From: Antedon mediterranea
Lineage: Eukaryota > Animalia > Echinodermata
NCBI RefSeq assembly: GCF_964355755.1
Contig: NC_092677.1
Coordinates: 9,694,101-9,758,100 of the forward strand
Direction of reading: 5' to 3'
Length of the DNA stretch: 64,000 nt
The position numbers were made by a program, and so were the translations under genes. Below are positions 18,853 to 29,508 of the stretch, in pieces; the stretch's first letter is position 1; each line of letters begins with the position of its first letter. Below the pieces are notes generated by a model. It saw only the letters and a program-made list of their open reading frames with translations, was not told where the DNA came from and ran no database searches.

Positions 18853-21800
18853 CTAATGACAGTTCTGGCAATTTGGCCGACAAAGACGGCCATTTTCTCT
18901 ACAATGACATCCTCCTGATTTGTCTCCCCTGCCCTAAAAATAAAAATATAACATACAATTATCAATGCTGTTTGGAAGTTTTATATTTTTATTGATTTTT
19001 ATATACAGTACTTGTAATCTACACACAATTCAATTTTTATTGCAAAGAGTGCGAATTAAAAGCTATATAATAGAAGTAGAAGTTATTGTTGGTTAGTAAT
19101 TAGTGAACAATCTGTATGTTTTGGTAAAGAGAAAACAAATGTACTAAAGAGTGCACATGTCTTTTGTACAACTGGTTAAATATCAACCTGATAGGCTTGG
19201 CTCATTGGTAGTAAGAAAACCTGCATTGTCCCAACATTTTTCAAGAACATACATATGGTGTGCTACTTGGCCACTGACATATTAACTTAGCTATAATGAA
19301 TGCATAGTGTCCACTCACATTTGGACCCCATCTTGGTCCCTTAGTGACCCAGCATATTTCAGTCTTGCACATGGTACATCTCACCCAATCACAACCGTCC
19401 TTCTTCTGTACAATGATCTTACATTTTGGACAGTGCATGGCGTCTCCATTTCTAACCATTTCCTAAAAATCAAAACATACAATTTTAAATTTGATTTTTT
19501 TCATCAGTAATTTGATCTGTCTTGTACAGGGAAGTAGTGGAGGATCCAAAATGTTATAAAGAAGGAGCCCAGGCCCAACAATGGTACAATGACGTGATTA
19601 ACTAAACCTAATGTTCTATCTTCTGTATTGCAGATTTCAATATTTAGTGGGTCCCTGGCCAGCTTTTTTCCCTCTTTGGATCTGCCTATAGGAGATGACA
19701 CCAAGGAGTTGAACAAAAAATGTTTGGTAACAATAGCTACACTTACTACTATACTTTAACAATCATTTAGGAAAATGTAAACTCACACTGTACAAATAGT
19801 AATCATTGTATTTTTGTCAAGCACCATCATAGAAGGGAAGGGGGGGGGGGGGAGGAGCGGTGGTACACAAGCAGATACCATACCATGGTGTTATTGTAGG
19901 ATATCATGGACAGGTTTACATATTTGATTTCACTGTGTGGTTTGAATAGACCTCCCTCTCACTGTTTGATTTGAGCAGCAACTTGCAACTTACATCCAGC
20001 ATCAATTGTGTTTGCTTAGCTGCTTTATCATTCATAGCATTTATTTGCAACGAATCCTGATATTCTTTACAGTTCATTCCTTCGTGAATGGCTTTACACG
20101 TCAAACAGTTGCTCTTTCCGCAGATCGGGCAAGGGAAGAAGTTGACGTCGTCTTCGTATATGCACCAGCCATGACAGTCCACGGTCTTACAATGGAAACT
20201 GTTGCCTGCTTGAGTCTCGGCAGTTGCGAGGCAACGCTGCAGGTGTTTTTGATATTGCTCATTGTCAACAAGCTGAAAAAAGTAAGTAATTCTGTATCAT
20301 TCTAAGATCACACAGAATAATAATACACATGTCTTATATAAGTCAAAGATGCTCTTCAGGTGGATGCCATCCTCAAATCAGTAGTAGTAATTAATACAAT
20401 TGTTTGTTTTTTTTATTAATGTATACGTTTACTTGTTATGGCCCAGAGATCCCGAAATAAAAGATTAAATAAATAAATATATATCTGTTTCATTTGTATT
20501 TTTAATATTTCCACTTACTGCTCTGATTTCGCGGTCTTGGATTAAAGCTTCGCAAGAAAATTCATTGTCCTGAAATGGACACTTGATTTCAGGTTCTTCA
20601 CAGACAGAAATATGTCCTGTTAGACAGTCTCTAAAAATGTAATCAAATTAAACAATGAATAAAATAAATAAATTAATAGTTTGCCAGTCATTTCATTCAC
20701 TACTGTATATACATTTATTTATCACCCCTAATTTAGGAAATCTAAGTGGTCCTCCAACGCTGGAGGCCTCTGCCATTCTTAGCCATAGCCTCAAGGGCCT
20801 CATAAGCTCTGGGGCCCTGTGTTTAACCATGGAGTAATAATTATTACTCAATGATTTAACCATTGAGCGCTCATAACCATTATGCCACTGGTTGTTAATG
20901 ATAACTATAAGTGAATTCATTAATTATCCTTCTTGAAATTGTCAACCCTTTTCATAGAACAACTATTAATACAATATAGAGAGTACTCAACACATATAAA
21001 ATCTAGTCTTTGTGAGTGGAGTGGTTTTTCATGAGAAATGATTCCGAAATCCAACCGACTTTGAACCCAGGACATTGGGATCAAAACCAATCATATTAAC
21101 CACAAAACTTTTAACTTCTGTAATCTTACTTGCAAAACGAGTGTAGGCATTCCCGCAGAGTGATGCCTTCTCCAGCGTCAAAGTCATCGTAACATATCAA
21201 GCACGTAAAAGCTTCGTTATTTGGTATTACGTCCAACTGGTCGTATTCTTGCAGACGCTCAAAATTTAAGACAGCTGCCTGTCGATCGGCTTCCTTTATC
21301 TATTTTTCAAAATATTTTACATCAATATAAATTATTTTTTAAATCAAATTTCTGTCCCTTCAATCTCAAAATATACAGCAGACAAGATGATTTAATTTTA
21401 CATTAAAAAAACAGGCAAAAAAAAAATACACTATGTAAACTACACAATTTCATTTGCTTTTAAAGTTATTTTTTATTTTTGCTGTTTTGTTTTTGTCTAA
21501 TAAACTGCTTCATACAACAAACGCATAATCATGCACCGTATTACAATAATGTGGTATTTATATTATTATCTAATTTTACAACTACACTTTCAATGATTTT
21601 TTTTTTCTTAATGGAATGTTAATTCTCCCAAATTTGATAAAATATCAACAACTTAATCAAGTATCATTTATTATCATTTTAATATTAATATTTAATATTA
21701 ATATTTAATATTAATTTTACAGGAATAGAAGAAATTCTAACCCATGGGCAGATCCACCTTAAATTTCGCAAAATCGTAATGCAAAAGACAGGACATCAAA

Positions 21801-24800
21801 TTAAGCCCAGCCCTTCATTTGACTATTTTTAGGCCCTGGATCCACCACTGTAACCCACCTAGTTATATAGAAAGTATATACAGTATTATATAGGGCATAG
21901 AAAAAGACCGAGATGCATGCTACAGGTTGGACATTAAAAGCCGGGTACAAATTTGTCATTCTAAGCATGTTACATTACTATTACTGCACTGTATAACAAA
22001 CTCTCAAACAAAAAGTTTAAAGAACGTTTTATTTATAATAATATTAACCGATACATAACTTTACAATAATGTTATTTATACAACATACACTAAATGATCT
22101 GGCAAAAAAAGTACCGCTTGTTGTAAACCTAATTTTAGATTAATGATGACACAAAATAAATAAAAACTGCAGCCCCATAAAGCTGTAACACCTTATCGAC
22201 TCATTTACGAAATATATACATGCGCAATTTGTAATTTCTCTAACTTTGCTGTAATATAGTTTTGTTTCACTTTTGTGTTACTTTTTTAAAACTTGTTGTC
22301 AATATTTTTATTTAAAAGTTATTTTCTTCCTCTTGGAACGATATAAGTGGTTGAGGTTCAAACACCAGCCCGTCTCCTCCTCCCACTAGTAACCCAGACC
22401 CTTGCAGATCATCCTAAAAATAAAAAAATAATTTAGTTCTAATTTTGAAATTTGTATTTTATTTAGTTTTGATATTAGAGGATAAAGGGTGTAGGAGGAG
22501 GACGGACTGAGCATTTAAACCAACTAGAAGAGAAGAAACACCTAAATTTGAGCTTACTCTTTATTACCAGAAAGTTACTTCAATAGTTCTCAGCAATTTG
22601 ATAAATAGCTTTAGCAATTCATCGAAGTTTGACACAAAGCGCGCAGTAAGCTGAATAGTGATACTTTGTTAGCCGGTTTGAGATCCTCTACTAAAGAATG
22701 ATCTTACAATTTTGACCATAAAGATATTTTAATTTTTTAGGCACTTACCTGTTTTATAACATCTTCATGTTGTTTTTCTTCTTCTATTAGCCGTTTCTCT
22801 ACCGCATCCAACTCGTACGAACCAATCGGCGGTAGCACATAGTTATCCGGTCTCGGGTTTGTACACATGTGACAGCTTGGTCTACGAGGAGCATTTACCA
22901 TCGTACAGACTTCACAGTGCCAGCCGACCTGACAAGAGAAAGTTACATTACTAGAGATGTGTCAATGTATGTAATATTGTTAATGTAAGTACAAGTAGAA
23001 AGAGTGCCCTCGATAAATTCCATTTTGTCAGACACTATAGGCTGGATATACTGTACAGTGTACTCCACAGTCAGTAATGGCGATATTCCAAGAACGATAG
23101 TTAGATCATGCGTATATGGAGGTAATGATGCAGGTATATATACTATCATTTTGAATAAGAGAGAGGATGGCCATTGAAATAATGAGATAGATTTGAAAGA
23201 CCTTCCAAATAGTACTTACATCCAATGCAGATTTCTTCCCTAAAGCAGAGGGCAAGACTGGCTCTTTATTTTGCATAACATCTCTGACAACTTTCTGAAC
23301 ATTTTCAAAGGGAACATGTTGTCTGCGTGGTTGAAAACCAGGCCTGGGAGCAGGCTTAGGCCGAACACTAGCCAAACTAGAAGCAACTTGTATTGAATCA
23401 TCTATCAAGTTTTCGGCTACTTCTGTGTAAGAAAAATATAGTAATTTTATAATATTCTACACAATAGTTGTTGAGACATCCATAAGAAAAAGTTGAGAGC
23501 AATTTATTCATTTTCCAATTCTTATTCATTAAATACTAACCAGGATTTTGAATAGCGTTTCTTGGTGCTTCTTCTTTTTGTGTTAAATAAAGAAAGACCA
23601 TGTATCCTGATTGGTCAATGCTTAACGCTTGTAACGTTTCATCATCCCTCACAATTCGATGGCCCACAATCCATCTTTGAACTTCTGGTGGAAAATTGTA
23701 ATCTGTATGCATCTGTAAAAAAAATAGTACAGTAGTTAGAGAGAGATTGTCAATGGAAGATATTGCTGTTATCTATGTATGCACCACATAGGTGCTTGAT
23801 ACCCGTAAACTGTTGATTTACAGTAGCTGCACTTGGGTAGTTGAGTGGTTTGGTGGTTTGCCTCCAATCCCAAGGTCCAGTGTCCAATACTAGGGTTTTA
23901 ACTTTATGGCTACAAACACAAATGTGTTTATTCATCACATTATATAACCAACTGTTTCTACTCCACTCACTAAACATCAAATTAGACTTTATTTTATAAA
24001 CATTATACAGTTTATCCATGTTGTAACTGGTATAATGTGTATGAAATAAAAAATGGGACAGAGGTAAAGTAATTAAACTAGTTGATTACTTTACTACTAT
24101 GGGTTGATATATCTATTTCTTTATACAGCCTATTGACTACTAAGTGACTGTTTGTTTTGTTTGTTTCTACCATTCACCCTCAGTTGATGAAATTCAAATT
24201 AAGATTCTCCACCGACCCACTGCATAAATAGTGTCCGTCAACAATGAGCAACAGGGGCTAAGTAGTAAGATGGAACAGGGATAATACTCTTCTGAAAGAT
24301 GCTTGGGTTCTTTATTAATTTATAGTGCATACGAGCCAGACATGTACTCTGAAGTTTTAAGTTCACTTGAACAACCAGAACCATTAAACCATACTGTTTA
24401 TATTTTTTATTTTACTGTGCTTTTTGTACAATGTGTTTTTGTTTATGTTGTCAATTTGATATAGGCCTATATATTATTTCTGCAACTCTTTGTGCTGCTA
24501 TAGTCATAATATTTGTTTTAATTTATTTATGTTGAAATATATATACTTGCCTTTTCTTTTAATGACTTAATTGATATTGATGGCTTAACCTTCAAAGTTA
24601 TTTTTATTGATGATTTAAAACGATCTTCAACTGAAATCCTAAGACTGAAAAAAGAAGCAATTGGAAGTGGATGTTTAACATTAATATCAATAAAGTAAAT
24701 TGTATTATGGCCTGCCTGTATGTTTTTTTTTTCCTTTTTCCATGTTGGTGAAGTGCTTTTCTTTATTCACGATCTGCACATTTTGATCAGGATGTGATTT

Positions 24801-27800
24801 TGTTTAAGAGTATTAAAGAGTTCTGTTTGATTCAGAATTCAAACTAAAGCTCTGTCTACACTATCAAAAAAAGTGTTATGTGCCCAAATGTAGAATTGAT
24901 ATGCCCAAATATGGTAGTGATATGACATCAGCACATCCATATAGGCACTTCACATTTTGTTGTCACATACAATTTGATAGTGTAGTCAGAGCCTATTGTA
25001 CTTGTTTTATGAGGAACAACTTTTCTTCACAAATATCCAATTTATGGGAATTTAACATTGAAAAAGGTTAGTAAACTAACTTGATCCTATTATCAGTCTT
25101 TGTGATGTTTGTTGTATTTGCAGATTGGCTAACAGCTAAACAAGCCTTTTCTTGTGCTAGTCTCTTTGCAATTTCTCCAGCCTTTTGTTGATCACCTTCA
25201 TTAATGCTGACCATCAATTCCTTTGCAAGAGAGTCTGTAACATTTAAAGAAAGAAATTCATTAAAAAAAAATTAGGGTTGATAAAGCATTGATCCTTAAA
25301 CAAGGAACCAGTTATTAAAATCTACTGTAGGGACCACTGACTTATTTACTGTTACCATACAAAGGCAATGAAAAGTCATAATACAAATTGGTCAGTTTAA
25401 CATATCTATTCTGGATTATTTACCCACAGCATTGTCATTTTTTTTCAGTAATTTGCCTTTTGATTTATAAAAATATTAATGTTTTAAATTAAAATATTAA
25501 GAATTTTCTTTATTTTGTGGCGAAAAAAAATCTCTAAACTATTCAACTAGAGTAGGAAATTAAAGTTACACAGTATAATATTTTTTCATACCTAATAGTT
25601 CGCCTTTCCCCGATGACGAGTCTCCACCACTGATGTGCCGCTGTGCAGCCATCTCGACGTGACTCCTCTCAAAAGCTATAAATAAGGTTGTAGTAATCAG
25701 ATTTAATGTACAATCATTAAATTACAGTACATTAGAGTAGAATTCCTATTAAGGGGACACCTTTGGGACCTATCAAACTTTCCTTTTAAAAGGTGGGTGT
25801 CCCCTGTATAGGGTCGTAGTATTTGACCGAGAATAATCCCATGCCCAAGTATAATCCCACCCCTAATCACTATGTCTCTATGTCCTACAAACTTTAGGTT
25901 TATTGGGTAAATCTATGCAATCCACCCAAATATAATCCCACCCAAAGTTCATATCCAGGCCCCCTGGGACTATATTCGGTCATGTACAGTTTGTGCTCTA
26001 CAGTAATGAACATGAACAGAATCATACAATGTACACAGTAGGCCAATTTTAGTATTAACAATTACGGTATAAATCAGGATAATACTGTATTAACATAATT
26101 GATACAATACTATGATATGAACTGCAACTACCTCTTAAATAAAATTGGACAAACCTGAATTTAAAATACTAAAAACTTTTGGACACCAGGGTTGAATTTA
26201 CTTAACAAAACTCAACATAACTGTGAATCCTTCACTGTCTTTCAACCAAATGCTATGATTAGAATCGATATACAAATTTACATTGTTGGAAATTCCCTAT
26301 TTTAATTCTGGACTTTCCCTTCAAAGTAACTGAATATGTTATTAGCATAACAATGAGAATGCCCCACCAGTATTCGATTGCTAAGAATCAATCAATTTCT
26401 TTTGTGCTGTTATGATATGAAATATATTTCCTTCCTGGTATGTCTGACATAATTTTACTATAAAAATGGGTTGAATTTGTCAAATGACTTGATACCACAC
26501 ATGACATTTTGCAATTTGGTGACTAAGTTTTATTCCAGTCTCATGACAGGAACTAAATTGGGCAGGATATACGTAGGGAATCACCTACTCTTCAAAAATG
26601 CTATTGTGTATTTAACTATTTAAAAGTCCTTTTGAATAAATTGTAACATTCATGCAGATATAACTTATTTCAAGTTAGCCCAAGAGAGATTCAGAATTTA
26701 GAAAACAAGGGGAAGATATGTTGTACAGTAACTCCCTAACCCTAAACTCACTTCAACCTGTAATGTGATATACAATGAGGGTTCATAGATCATATGTAAC
26801 TAAAAGTTAAAGATGCATTGTCCCGCTGAAAAAATAGCTTAAAAAATAATTTGTTGAATATGTCATTTCAATATCAAATAATAGTTATCCACTAAGACTA
26901 AAATTGGATATAAACAAAATTATTTACCTGCAAATATAGTCAAATTGTCTACCAGCCAATGGGTTTTTGGTTGAATTTAACCATATATTTTTTCATTTTA
27001 TAAGTGAAAACATTTTTTGTTAAAGTGATTAAATTTATTAAAACTACAAAATAAGCTATTAAAAATCTGATTTAATTAATCTTCATTTTTCATATTTTTG
27101 GGGGACAATACATCTTGCTATGCTCTACCTGATTTCCTCTGTTCATGCGTCGCATTGCCAAGCAATGTTCCAAAGTTTGAGGCGTCCGTAACTTTCTCAT
27201 ATTCCATTTGATATTGCTTCTTATCAGGTAATATAAATTCATGAACGGAGCCACTAACCACCTTGAAACTTAGGCTAGACATGGGTGAGTAAAGAAGTAC
27301 CTGAAATGCAATATTCATTTTATTCTATCTGAATTATTTCAAAATTTACGATATTTTTTTCCAAGATGAAAAACAATGATTTAAATCACCACGAATACCA
27401 GTCTATGGTTATTGAAAATAAAATAAATAAAATCTTTGTAAATAAAAGATTTACAATTTAGCATACAAGGATCACGTTATTGCATTATTATGCTAGACAC
27501 GCTGCCACACAGGTGTAGTGGCAGGTGACCGAGTAGGCGCGGGCATGATTTGAAACTGTCATATCTTATTGGCTGAAGTGTTGCAGGCATGTCTCTGCTC
27601 CCTCTCTATTTTTTAATGCTTTAATACTAATTGGAGTAAACACAATTACTATTATTATAACAATTACATTTTTTAAAACTGTACTAACACTTTTGTCATG
27701 TACTGCTTTCAGTACAAAGCCTTTTGATACATCTAGAAACTGTAATACACATGGTGCAATTCGGATCCACCCTTTTGCATCATGATTAAGATAAAGCACA

Positions 27801-27841
27801 CCAGGAGCAGATCCGAGAACACTATATTCTTCATCAAGCAT
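18853..27841 (-). CDS. RBCK1: SHARPIN/RBCK1 (HOIL-1)-related LUBAC subunit: PH-like, LTM, UBL, NZF, RING1-IBR-RING2; 665 aa
   Basis: 13 in-phase exons: 27841-27689, 27300-27129, 25675-25592, 25234-25081, 24644-24551, 23712-23541, 23422-23220, 22928-22749, 21299-21130, 20630-20519, 20272-19994, 19462-19319, 18933-18853 (1998 nt). Motifs: [26 protein letters not shown]; [24 protein letters not shown]; [23 protein letters not shown]; RING1 [13 protein letters not shown]; RING2 [28 protein letters not shown]; C-terminus GGCHC...CQNCH, as in HOIL-1. Confidence 0.93.
22312..22413 (-). CDS. Candidate alternative terminal exon after the NZF exon, giving an RBR-less SHARPIN-like isoform of 437 aa
   Basis: Strong polypyrimidine acceptor (TATTTTTTTATTTTTAG). 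Phase 0 matches the NZF-exon donor at 22749. The 33 GC-richer codons read [33 protein letters not shown], then TAA, with an overlapping AATAAA (22312-22307). Confidence 0.6.
   Translation of the reverse strand, partial: DDLQGSGLLVGGGDGLVFEPQPLISFQEEENNF
24848..24993. mobile_element. Tourist-like MITE family D copy
   Basis: Left TIR AGCTCTGTCTACACTATCAAA, degenerate right TIR. Confidence 0.7.
26288..26319 (-). promoter_or_regulatory. Pair of consensus NF-kB sites in the intron after the PH-domain exons of the SHARPIN/RBCK1 gene
   Basis: GGAAATTCCC at 26288-26297 (reverse complement GGGAATTTCC) and GGACTTTCCC at 26310-26319 (reverse complement GGGAAAGTCC). Confidence 0.5.
26811..27115. mobile_element. 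Kolobok-like MITE family B copy
   Basis: TTAA|AGATGCATTGTCCC...GGGGACAATACATCT; internal sequence shared with other copies (ATAGTTATCCACT, AAAACTACAAAAT). Confidence 0.7.
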
Positions 27842-27850
27842 TGTAAAAGT

Positions 27851-29508
27851 CTGAGAGAATAAAAATGAAATTATGATTAGCAATGCATATTGAATATAAA
27901 AAGATATAGTCGAAGTCGTGTTCAAATGGAAAAGTTAAAATATGAGTTTGTAGAAAAGTAATAATTTAAAAAAATTAGGAACATACTGTATAAATGTAAA
28001 TATTTGTCAACTTTAACTCGACTTCACCATACAAATAAATTGACGTTTAAACAATTTATGTACTTGAAGTTTACTGTTCTACCAAGGTATAATATCAGAA
28101 ATGCATTACAATTATCGGCCAAAGAATATGAGACTCTGAACTGAATATAAATTAATGGACGGGTTCGTTTATATTATAAACATCCCGTGTTGTAGCTACA
28201 TATTTACCCACCAGAGCAGAATGTCTGATCTAACTAATACACTGATCTACTACTGATCTCCACTGGCACTGTATATCTAGGCCTGCTTATACTCGTATAT
28301 AATGTATAGGTAAAACAGTAGATAAAATAGGAAGGAAGGAAAAACCATTTGGTAGCTAGTCCAACCAACCAACTGACAGAAACAAGTGGCTACAGAACAG
28401 TACAGATAATAGAATAGTTAGTTAGAATTAGAGTAGAAGGAAGACACACACATGATGAAAATACAAAAAGTAAATTACAATTATTAGACGAGTCTGCTAC
28501 ACATAAATTGGACTAGCCTACATATAAAGTCTGTGTAGTCGAATATGTTATCAGAATCAAGGGAGGTTACCTAAAAAAAGTAGTAGTGTCATCAAACGTA
28601 AACAAAAAATAGAGTATGGATTTTCCCCATTTTTAATTTATGTACTTTGTGTGTGGCACGTGACCTGATGACTCTTCGTAATTATTTATAGAGGGGGTTG
28701 TTTACATAGACTTACCTTATTCTCAAATAGTATTTTAATCAAACTTCCCATAATTTTATCAATTTGAATAATAAAAAATATATAATGAATTACATAATTA
28801 ACTTTCTTTTAGTTAAAATTATTATACTTTATGTTACTTTATATATATAATTATAAAATACTTATATATGGCAATAGATTTATGTGAAATAATCGTTTAA
28901 AAATGGACTTCAAAACTAAGGTAAATGTCAACATTTCAGCTGTAATTTTCCAAAACGTAAAAGCTTTTTTTTCTTGGGAAAGTTTAGAAAATAGTCGTGT
29001 TTATGCATAAGTTATCAACGGATTTCCGTAGTTTTAATTAGATCAACACAAACCGAAAAATCTTATGTAAGGTTTGAGTCGTTTTACTTGTATTTTCAAG
29101 AAAGTCTATACATTTTTGTTGTATATTTTTACCAGGCTCGTAGGCCAGTCAACAAGGTCGTTTCCTGGTATTTGTCCCTCGGTTCTCCCGCACACAAAGA
29201 GGCTTTTGATTCGATGGCGCTTGTTATGCTCTGGTTGTCTCAACAACAAAAGGACAGCTTAGCTTCAAGTTTATTTAAACAAAACAATTCTGAAATGGTG
29301 TATAGTTGTTTTTCAACAATATCGAACATTGTCATTAGTAATTTTTGTTAATATTAAATTCCACACAATTTTTCTGTAAAGAATTTGAACGAAATTTAAT
29401 CGAAAATAATCTGAATTTACTGTATGTGTATAAAAACATAATAAATTCACGGTGAGTTAGTGATCCAACAACTAAATACAGATAAAAAGAAGAGAGAGAA
29501 GAATCAAG
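27851..29508. promoter_or_regulatory. Bidirectional promoter / 5'UTR region between SHARPIN-RBCK1 (-) and MAF1 (+)
   Basis: Divergent start codons lie ~1.7 kb apart (27841 and 29509). E-box CACGTGAC and a TGACTC motif occur at ~28657-28675, with candidate splice donors pointing both ways. Confidence 0.55.
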
